64,000 nt of DNA from a virus, in IMG/VR virus record IMGVR_UViG_3300032308_002775, positions 1-64,000 of that record. One strand, written 5' to 3'. The notes under the pieces are model-generated. The model was not told the DNA's origin and ran no database searches. It saw nothing but the letters and a program-made list of their open reading frames with translations. The translations under genes were made by a program, and so were the position numbers. Positions 56,852 through 64,000 of this stretch are shown piece after piece (within the stretch, counting starts at the first letter, position 1; every line of letters begins with the position of its first letter).

Positions 56852-57868
56852 ATGGTCGTCATCGCCACGCCGAATCCGTACCCCCAGGTGCCGTATCCCG
56901 AGCCCCAACTCTCCAACGGGCAGCTCAATCCGGTTCCCTGCGCCGGGCAGAACATTGTCAGCGCCCCGATCTCCACGGTGAACGGTGCCCCGGTTTACGG
57001 CCGCATGCGGGCCGTCAACTTCACCCAAGGGCAATGCGGCTTTCTGGACTGGCAGATGCACGACAAGGACGGGCACCCAGTCAATTTGGAGCCCTGCGGC
57101 CTTACGGACGGCTCCCAGAGCGTTGCTGACGCCGATTTCAAGGTCGTCCTGCGGCTCAAGGAGCAGCTCGCGCTGGGCAACGCCAAGCGCCCCCTGGAAG
57201 TCGAGGCGGCCATCGTGGACGCGTCCGAGGGGCGCGTACGGGCCGAGCTGACCAAAGGCATGACCGACCTGCCCGGCGTTTACTACGGCGAGATGGCCCT
57301 GGTGAGCACGCAGGCCGAGGCTGCCGGGCAGCCCTGCGTCATCTTCTCGAACATCTTCTCGGTAATCATCAACCGCGGCACCTTCGCGCCCCAGGGCCAG
57401 GAGGGCGGCCCGCCGTCGATTGCTGAGATTCGCCTGCACCTCCGGGACAGTGCGCCCGGGGAAAGCTACCTGCTCGACAACCTGATGTTCGACGACGCCG
57501 AGATCGCTCTGGCCATCGCCCGGCCAATCATGTACTGGAACGAGACGCCGCCACCCCTGGACGACAACTACAACACCCAGAACTTCCCCTTCCGCTACCA
57601 CTGGCTCGAGGGAATCTGCGCCAACCTGTTCATGATGGTCGCCGAGCAGTTCCGCCGTAACGACTTCCAGTACGCCGCCGCGGGTTTGCAGATCAACGAC
57701 CAGAACAAGTCCCAGGCTTATGAGCAGGCCGGGCAGATGCGCTGGCAGGCCTACCGGGAGTGGGTTCGGGCCACCAAGGCCACGATCAACCTCGAGAGCT
57801 GCTACGGCGAGGTCACGAGCACCTACAAGTACTCGGCCTACACCAGCGGCGCCAGGATGCGCTACTAA
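56852..57868 (+). CDS. Putative head-tail adaptor/neck protein
   Basis: C-terminal IRLHLRD...FDDAEI...WNETPP; position after the capsid gene. Confidence 0.6.
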   Translation: MVVIATPNPYPQVPYPEPQLSNGQLNPVPCAGQNIVSAPISTVNGAPVYGRMRAVNFTQGQCGFLDWQMHDKDGHPVNLEPCGLTDGSQSVADADFKVVLRLKEQLALGNAKRPLEVEAAIVDASEGRVRAELTKGMTDLPGVYYGEMALVSTQAEAAGQPCVIFSNIFSVIINRGTFAPQGQEGGPPSIAEIRLHLRDSAPGESYLLDNLMFDDAEIALAIARPIMYWNETPPPLDDNYNTQNFPFRYHWLEGICANLFMMVAEQFRRNDFQYAAAGLQINDQNKSQAYEQAGQMRWQAYREWVRATKATINLESCYGEVTSTYKYSAYTSGARMRY

Positions 57869-58053
57869 AACGGGCGGGAAACGCGGGCATATTACATGCT
57901 CCCTGGTTTTGCGGTCAGGGGGGCTTCCGAGGCACATTTTGGCGCGGTAGATTCACGCCAATCTGTGAAACGGGGTTAGATATCTTTGGCGGCCCTATTT
58001 TGGGGCGCCGGGGAGCTGGGCACTTTCCCAGTCACCTGCGGAGGAGACCGACC

Positions 58054-58344
58054 ATGCCAGTGGTGATGGTCAACAAAGAAACCCAGATTGCTCTGCGCGC
58101 CATTCGCGACATCAACAAGCGGACGAACGGTCAGCTTGTCGAGAAAGCCGTGGAGAAGGCGCGGGGAGAGACCGTGGAGAGCCTGGGTTTGGGCGAGGCG
58201 CTGGCTCAAGCGATTCGTATCGCCTACGCGCCGTTCGTCATGCTGGCGCCGCCGCCCACGGTGGCGCTGCTCAACGCCTTCATGGCCAAGGTCGATTGGA
58301 ACTATATCGTCGACAACCTTCTGATCCGGCCGGAGCTGAACTAA
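58054..58344 (+). CDS. Hypothetical protein (paralog of the next gene)
   Basis: GGAGGAG RBS; IRIAY...VDW..I. Confidence 0.65.
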   Translation: MPVVMVNKETQIALRAIRDINKRTNGQLVEKAVEKARGETVESLGLGEALAQAIRIAYAPFVMLAPPPTVALLNAFMAKVDWNYIVDNLLIRPELN

Positions 58345-58631
58345 TGAGCCAAACGGCGCAACTGAATCAGATGAGCACGCTGATCCTAGATTGGATCCGC
58401 AGCATGGACGCCGAGGAAGGCCCCACGCTCCGAGAGGTCACGGAACAGTTCGGCTACGAGGGCGACATCGAGAAGATCGGCGAGTCGATTCGTCTGGCTT
58501 ACATGAGCCTGAACGCCGTGTTCTTGCCCGTGGCGCCGCAGTTCCTGCGCGCCGTCTTCGACGACTGCGTCGCCCAAATCGACTGGGTCGGCATCGCTCG
58601 GCAGCGGATGGCCGAGACCAAAAACGAATGA
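58344..58631 (+). CDS. Hypothetical protein (paralog of the previous gene)
   Basis: TAATG coupling; IRLAY...IDW..I. Confidence 0.65.
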   Translation: MSQTAQLNQMSTLILDWIRSMDAEEGPTLREVTEQFGYEGDIEKIGESIRLAYMSLNAVFLPVAPQFLRAVFDDCVAQIDWVGIARQRMAETKNE

Positions 58632-58636
58632 ACTTC

Positions 58637-58684
58637 AGAAAAGCGTTCGCGCACCGCCCTTCGGGGCGGGCGCGGCGTTTTTCT
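58637..58684 (+). terminator. Intrinsic terminator
   Basis: CCGCCC-TTCG-GGGCGG hairpin with extended stem and T-tract. Confidence 0.7.
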
Positions 58685-58716
58685 TAGCTATCAGCGCGCC
58701 CAGCTACAATAAGCCT

Positions 58717-60024
58717 ATGTCCAGCTTCAAGCGCTTATTTCCGTTCCGCCAGGTGGCCGTGGATCACATGGTCCGCGGCGTCACCCGGGTCTGGTGGCAG
58801 CTGGAGCGCAACTTTAACGACCCCGGCCCGTACGTCTTCCAGCTCCAGTACGGCAACACGCCGCTCAACGACGCCACGGACTGGCGCAACGTCGGCAGCC
58901 CAGTCACCGACGGCTACGTGGCCTACGACGACGCTTGGCGCGCTGCCGGGACGGACATCGTCACCCATTACCGGGTAACACTGACGACCGAGAAAGATAT
59001 CTATGTCAGCGCCCCGGTGAACTGCTTCGGGGAGCTGGCCGAGCGCGACTGGAACATCGCCCGGGAGATCATCCGCAAGGAGCAGCTGCGCCACAAGTAT
59101 GTCTCGGTCTCGGGCTACCTGATCAAGCCGTTCCGTTTCGGGCGGCCCTGCACCCGCTGCCGCGACCAGCTCACCGGCGAAGTGCTCGATTCCAACTGCC
59201 CGGTCTGCTCGGGAACCGGCTTCGAAGTCGGCTACCACCCGGCTCTGCCGCTGCAATGCTGGGACGTGGCGCCCTATACGATTACTGAGGATCAGGAGAT
59301 TAACTCCCTGGGCACGACCCGCAAAGACCACATGACGCGGGCCCGGGTAATTGGCTTTCCGACGCTCAACACCAACGATATCTGGGTTAACGGCACCTCC
59401 GACGAGCGTTGGATCATCCACAGCATTAAGGTCGCCGCGGCCATTCGGGGCGTGCCGCTGATCTACGAGGTTGAAATGGGTTTGGTGCCCCTAACCAACG
59501 CGATCTACGCGCTGGAAGTGGGCGGCGAGCCTCCGGAGCGCCCAGGCCCGACCCTGCCGATCATTGGTTGCGGCTCCGTGGTGGTCGACCACAATTACGG
59601 CGGCGTCGATAACCTGACTTACCGGGATGCCACCGGCTACAGCATCGTCGGCGCTAACGTCTATGTGTTTCCCAAAGATATCTTTGACGCCGCCTACCCG
59701 GACTTGCCCAACCGAAACCTGGCCGTCGCCGGAACCACGACGCGCGTTAACGGCCGCTGGACTGAGTCGCTACTCCTGAATCCGGGCGACTACGCCGTCC
59801 TGTATGAAAAGCCCGGCGAGTGGGGACCGGACACCGATCTGATTACTGTGGTTCCCGCTGACGCGGAAAGCTCCTTTACCTGGGTGCCGAACATCGCCCT
59901 GGCCGCCGAGGAGGGCAGCTCGATTCCTGACGCCACGCTGGCCACAGAGTCGAGCGAGGCGGTCACCACCGAGACCGAGGAAAAGGTTCGGGCGCCGCTG
60001 GACGACGATTTCTGGGCCTTCTAA
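58717..60024 (+). CDS. Putative head-closure/neck protein with Zn finger
   Basis: CTRC...CPVCSGTGF; position between adaptor and tail genes. Confidence 0.55.
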   Translation: MSSFKRLFPFRQVAVDHMVRGVTRVWWQLERNFNDPGPYVFQLQYGNTPLNDATDWRNVGSPVTDGYVAYDDAWRAAGTDIVTHYRVTLTTEKDIYVSAPVNCFGELAERDWNIAREIIRKEQLRHKYVSVSGYLIKPFRFGRPCTRCRDQLTGEVLDSNCPVCSGTGFEVGYHPALPLQCWDVAPYTITEDQEINSLGTTRKDHMTRARVIGFPTLNTNDIWVNGTSDERWIIHSIKVAAAIRGVPLIYEVEMGLVPLTNAIYALEVGGEPPERPGPTLPIIGCGSVVVDHNYGGVDNLTYRDATGYSIVGANVYVFPKDIFDAAYPDLPNRNLAVAGTTTRVNGRWTESLLLNPGDYAVLYEKPGEWGPDTDLITVVPADAESSFTWVPNIALAAEEGSSIPDATLATESSEAVTTETEEKVRAPLDDDFWAF

Positions 60025-60144
60025 TAGCGCGCAACTGTTAAACCGTGTATCGTATGGATAACGACAAGAAACCAAGCCCGATGCTCCCCAAGATCAAGCT
60101 CCGGGGCGCGAAAATCCGGATGCTGCCCCAAATAAAGCTGCGCG

Positions 60145-60885
60145 GTGAAAGCGCGGCAAAGGACGGCTCGCGTGACCGACTGCAACGACCTGCCGAATCC
60201 GCCGGAAGTTGAGGCGCTGTTCCCCGAGGGGAGCGTGCCGGAACCGCGCCTGAACAAGGTCAGTGCGCTGTGTTCCTACGGTATGCGGCCGCACGTTATG
60301 ACCGGCCTGATCCGGCAGCTGCTGCTCGGGCACTTTTCGGACCCAGACAATATTGAAGAACCCCGCGTCCGGCGGCAGCTGGCTGAGATCGGCATGTGGC
60401 GGCCGAGTGATAACGGTTTGAACGCGGGCGGCATTCTGATAGAAAGTATTACGCGTTGGCAACCCGCAACCGCTGACAAGCGCCCGGCTGTGTTAATTCG
60501 CAGAAATTCCTGGCGTTGGCAGCGGCAAGGAGTTGGCGACCAAATCGGCGGCAATGTATACGAGGGTTCGCTGAGCTACGCCGGAATGTGGGAGGGCAGC
60601 CACACGTTGTTCTGCCTCTGTCCGAGCGGTGCCGAAACCGAGTTCCTTGCCACGGAAGTCGTTAAGTTTTTACACCAATTCTCCCCCTGGATTCGCGAGC
60701 AGATGAATCTTCACCGGTTCATGGTGAGCGAAGTTGGCGGGATCGGAGAAGTTCAAGAAGCGTTACAGGGTTACGCCGTTCCTGTAACGGTTGCATATGT
60801 TGCCGAGGAAGCCTGGACGCTCCAGCCGTATGCGCCGCGCCTTAAGCGGATTGTTCTGAAGGCGACTGACCTCTTGTCGTACTAA
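60145..60885 (+). CDS. Putative tail terminator/completion protein (start may be 60172)
   Basis: RPAVLIRR; immediately upstream of the sheath gene. Confidence 0.5.
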   Translation: MKARQRTARVTDCNDLPNPPEVEALFPEGSVPEPRLNKVSALCSYGMRPHVMTGLIRQLLLGHFSDPDNIEEPRVRRQLAEIGMWRPSDNGLNAGGILIESITRWQPATADKRPAVLIRRNSWRWQRQGVGDQIGGNVYEGSLSYAGMWEGSHTLFCLCPSGAETEFLATEVVKFLHQFSPWIREQMNLHRFMVSEVGGIGEVQEALQGYAVPVTVAYVAEEAWTLQPYAPRLKRIVLKATDLLSY

Positions 60886-60991
60886 GGAAAACCAATCACC
60901 CGCGTGAACAGGTATTTTTTTTCATGACAACGGGTTGGATATACTAACCCAGTCACTACCGTTCACGACACTAGGCATGGAGGCCTGACGC

Positions 60992-63811
60992 ATGTCGAGC
61001 TACGTCAAACCACAAGTTCTTGTTTTTCAAGAATTCCGGATCGTCCCGACCGAGATCACTGAGCCGCTTCGCGCTCACGTCTCCGGCCCGCACGGCGTCC
61101 TGCATCGTTACAGCGACGTCGACGAAAAGCCGCTCTGCAGGCTGGGTCTCTATGACTACCTGAGCGACGTTTGCTACGCCTGGCCGGACCGGCTTCCCGG
61201 TTCGCGCGTCGACACGGGTTACACCAAGCTCTACATCGACGATGCGCTGCTCCTTTATTACGAGCACACGCTCGGCGAAACCGACACCGCGATCACCGCC
61301 GTCTCGGGCCGGACGAACTGGATCGAGGCCAGCGATCTGGCGTTCAAGAGCAACGGCGCGGCGTACCCGCGTAGCTCTGTTTTCGCTGATCGCGATGTGC
61401 AGCTCGGCGACGTTGTTCAGCTTCGCGCTGTCAGCCCCGACTCGGATTGCGAAGAGACGGTCCTTAACACCATTGTGACCGGCTTCGCGAGCGAGACCGT
61501 GGCGGCGGATGTCGGCGCAGCGTCGAACGACGACGACAACCAGGGAACCATCTCGGCCGACACCGACTGGGAAAAGATCGGCGGGCCGGACAACTGCGTC
61601 GACATCGATTCGGTTGACGGCACAGCCTACGACGGCCGCGTCCCGGGCGACGTGACCGAAGAGTACACCATCACCGTGGTCAAGAGCTCTGTCCCGGGCT
61701 GCGCTGCCGCCCGGCTGCGCGTCCGCTCGGCCAGCGGCAACGACGATCAGGACGAGGTGGTGCCGGAGGATTTCGGCACCCCGACGCCGATCGGCACCCG
61801 CGGGCTGACGGTGACGTTCGACTACGACCCCGATTCGGGTTGCTCGCTCTCGGCCGATGAAGCCGAAGTGGCTCCTGATGCGTTTGTCGTGGGTCAGCGG
61901 TGGCAGGTCACCGTGCAGCAGGCGTTCACCGAGGTTAACGCGACTTCGGGTGGCGACTACGTGGGCGACAAGAACGACATCTACGTCGTTGAGTGCACCA
62001 AGGGCGGCACGTGGGCCGAGCTTCCCGAGATCACCGTCCGTACGGTGAAGGGACTCGACTTCTCTGGCCCGACCGAGGTCACCGGCGCGACCACGTTCGT
62101 GAGCATTGGCTCTAAGGGCGTGGAGATCAAGTTCCACGGCGCCACGGAGTCCACGAGCGTCCCTGCGCTTCGCAAGGGCGACAAGTGGTACATCACGGTG
62201 CTTTCCAGCCAGGCTGGCTCGGTGCGCCGATTGATCCTCCGGGATGATATCCCGGTGGACATGGTCGACGCCGCCGACATGGATCTGCGCCTGTTCATTA
62301 AGGACAACATCCAGGTCTCGGAGAATCGGATCGGGTTTGCGCCCCAGACGAACTACGAGCAGGAGCCCACGCAGATCTGCGTGCATGAAGGCGTCATCGC
62401 TTACCACCCCGAGTGGACGAGCGGCGGCGTCGAGCAGCCGCTTGAAGTGCGCGCGGGCACGCTGTACGTCGAGTACCGCGAGTGGCTCACCGACCTCGCC
62501 GACGAGGTAAACGCGATTGGCGACGTGGCCGACCTTGACCAGATCAAGGGCCAGCTCCACCCCGATAACCCGCTGAAGTGGGGCGTTTACAAGGCGCTCT
62601 CCAACAGCAACGGGACCGTGGTGAAGTACACGGCAGTTGCCGAGCCGGAAGACCTCGACAGCTGGGTCCAGGTGCTCGAGCGGGTCAAGGGCCGGGACGA
62701 TCTTTACAACCTCGTCCCGCTGACCTTCGACCGTCGGGTGCAGAACCTGTACGCGGCCCAGATCGACGCCGAGTCCAGCGAAATCAACAACAACTGGAAG
62801 AGCGGCTTCTTCGCTCTGAAGGCTGTGACGAGCAAGATGATCGTCGGCGAAGGCGCCACGATCGCCGGTGTCTCGGGCAACACGATTGCCGACCCGGTCC
62901 TCGCGACCCTTTCGGACGATCCCAACGCCACCAACACGCAGTACACGCTGCTCCGGGTGCTTGAGGGGTCGGGCTACTTCATCACCAACAACGTCCAGCC
63001 GGGCGACCTCGTCCGGTATCTGTACACGACGGACGCGTTCGGTGAGGAGCAGTACGAGGAGTTCGTGGTGGATCGCGTGGTCTCCGAGAACTCGCTCGTG
63101 CTGTTCTCCGGCGCCGACGCTGCGGTCACCGTGGCGGCTCGCGTCGAGATTTACCACAACCTCAACCGCAACGAGATCGCCGACGATCTGGCCGAGCAGG
63201 CCGGATCGCTGTCGAATCGCCGGGTCTGCGCCGTGTGGCCTGATCAGGTGGGCGAGGCGGGCACGCTGATGCCGGGTTACTACCTGGCCGCGGCGCTGGC
63301 CGGTCTTGCTTCGGGCGTTGTCCCGCAGCAGGGTCTCACGAACGTCGAGGTCGCCGGTTTCGACGACTTCACGCGCAGCTACAAGTACTTCAACGAGACG
63401 CAGCTGAATCGGATGGCCGAGGCGGGAGTGTGGATTGTGACTGAAGATCGCGACGGTACGCCGCACTCGCGGCATGCGCTGACGACGGACAACCTCGACC
63501 TGAACCGTCGGGAAGAGATGATCCGCCGCAACGTGGACTCGATGTCGTACCTGTTCCTGCGTCGGTTGCGTCCGTACATCGGCCGCACCAATGCCACGCC
63601 GGGAATGGTCGACCTGCTCGCGAACGAAGTCACCGAGCTGATCGACTTCTTCAAGTCGAATGGCGTGACCGCGGAACTCGGCTCGCAGCTCATCGACGGC
63701 ACGATTCGGATCCTCCGCATTCACCCGCTGTTGCGCGATCGGATCGAGATTGTCCTCGATCTGGTGGTCCCGGCACCGCTCAACAACATCGAACTCCACC
63801 TTGTTGTCTGA
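60992..63811 (+). CDS. Contractile tail sheath protein
   Basis: YVKPQVLV N-terminus; AAALAGL...QGLTN, QLNRMAEAG, RHALTT, PAPLNNIEL C-terminus. Confidence 0.85.
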   Translation: MSSYVKPQVLVFQEFRIVPTEITEPLRAHVSGPHGVLHRYSDVDEKPLCRLGLYDYLSDVCYAWPDRLPGSRVDTGYTKLYIDDALLLYYEHTLGETDTAITAVSGRTNWIEASDLAFKSNGAAYPRSSVFADRDVQLGDVVQLRAVSPDSDCEETVLNTIVTGFASETVAADVGAASNDDDNQGTISADTDWEKIGGPDNCVDIDSVDGTAYDGRVPGDVTEEYTITVVKSSVPGCAAARLRVRSASGNDDQDEVVPEDFGTPTPIGTRGLTVTFDYDPDSGCSLSADEAEVAPDAFVVGQRWQVTVQQAFTEVNATSGGDYVGDKNDIYVVECTKGGTWAELPEITVRTVKGLDFSGPTEVTGATTFVSIGSKGVEIKFHGATESTSVPALRKGDKWYITVLSSQAGSVRRLILRDDIPVDMVDAADMDLRLFIKDNIQVSENRIGFAPQTNYEQEPTQICVHEGVIAYHPEWTSGGVEQPLEVRAGTLYVEYREWLTDLADEVNAIGDVADLDQIKGQLHPDNPLKWGVYKALSNSNGTVVKYTAVAEPEDLDSWVQVLERVKGRDDLYNLVPLTFDRRVQNLYAAQIDAESSEINNNWKSGFFALKAVTSKMIVGEGATIAGVSGNTIADPVLATLSDDPNATNTQYTLLRVLEGSGYFITNNVQPGDLVRYLYTTDAFGEEQYEEFVVDRVVSENSLVLFSGADAAVTVAARVEIYHNLNRNEIADDLAEQAGSLSNRRVCAVWPDQVGEAGTLMPGYYLAAALAGLASGVVPQQGLTNVEVAGFDDFTRSYKYFNETQLNRMAEAGVWIVTEDRDGTPHSRHALTTDNLDLNRREEMIRRNVDSMSYLFLRRLRPYIGRTNATPGMVDLLANEVTELIDFFKSNGVTAELGSQLIDGTIRILRIHPLLRDRIEIVLDLVVPAPLNNIELHLVV

Positions 63812-63833
63812 GATCACTTAGGAGAAAGAATCT

Positions 63834-64000
63834 ATGGCTAATAGCGCATTTGCAGCTGGCGGCGGTAAGGACCAGTTTTTCAACGGTGCCTTTCGCGCTG
63901 ACGATGTGAAGTTGACGTGGACCGGCGGTGGCGCGGGAGAGGGCGCGCTCGTGCAGAGCGCCCAGTGGACCTGCCAGCGGACGGTAAACATGCTGTACGA
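63834..64000 (+). CDS. Tail tube protein (partial, runs off the window)
   Basis: AGGAG RBS; follows the sheath; MANSAF...LVQSAQWTCQRTVNMLY. Confidence 0.6.
   Translation, partial: MANSAFAAGGGKDQFFNGAFRADDVKLTWTGGGAGEGALVQSAQWTCQRTVNMLY

Larger units (their letters stand above)
890..59685. repeat. Dispersed 12-bp palindrome WWAGATATCTWW, 14 copies
   Basis: Starts at 890, 3212, 7275, 10785, 15733, 17427, 21470, 29120, 31914, 46894, 48306, 57976, 58993, 59674. Confidence 0.85.
1971..60986 (+). promoter_or_regulatory. Dispersed C-ANGGAN-G hexaloop hairpins at translation starts (CsrA/RsmA-type sites)
   Basis: For example 1971, 11870, 27091, 30972, 30992, 33188, 41260, 44185, 49868, 54276, 54861, 60973. 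Confidence 0.7.

Noticed and set aside
890-59685. Palindromes or fibre repeats as a CRISPR array
   Set aside because: No regularly spaced repeat-spacer structure and no cas genes.
5168-63817. Long minus-strand ORFs (e.g. 5168-7276, 12565-14433, 36570-38729, 52543-54252, 60971-63817)
   Set aside because: Antisense shadows of GC-rich + strand genes; no motifs, and they overlap well-supported CDSs.
1-64000. Stop-codon reassignment
   Set aside because: Genes are full length and tightly packed under the standard code, with TAA, TGA and TAG all used as stops.

Overview
This is a 64-kb segment of a large, GC-rich tailed phage genome with a contractile tail; almost all genes lie on the + strand and use the standard genetic code. 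Gene order: (1) 0-10 kb, sulfotransferase, glycosyl/heptosyltransferases, a tRNA(CAT) with an adjacent HNH endonuclease, and repeat-rich tail fibres. (2) 10-25.6 kb, accessory genes: MazG, cupin, PhoH, ferritin-like, GT/methyltransferase, GT9, HADs, an actin-like ATPase and GT25. (3) 25.7-35 kb, a candidate structured ncRNA, holin-like and PAS membrane proteins, a 2H-phosphoesterase multidomain protein, and a membrane/protease cassette (matrixin and papain-like). (4) 35-51 kb, a phage multisubunit RNA polymerase built as a beta::beta'-N fusion plus a separate beta'-C gene, surrounded by putative internal virion proteins. (5) 51-64 kb, prohead protease, scaffold, decoration and major capsid proteins, neck, tail terminator, tail sheath and the start of the tail tube. 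Three nucleotide-level signals are not explained by the ORFs: a 12-bp palindrome WWAGATATCTWW found 14 times, in all three reading frames; C-ANGGAN-G hexaloop hairpins (CsrA/RsmA-type sites) over many translation starts; and a ~275-nt multibranch RNA structure. All product calls come from reading motifs by eye; no database searches were run.
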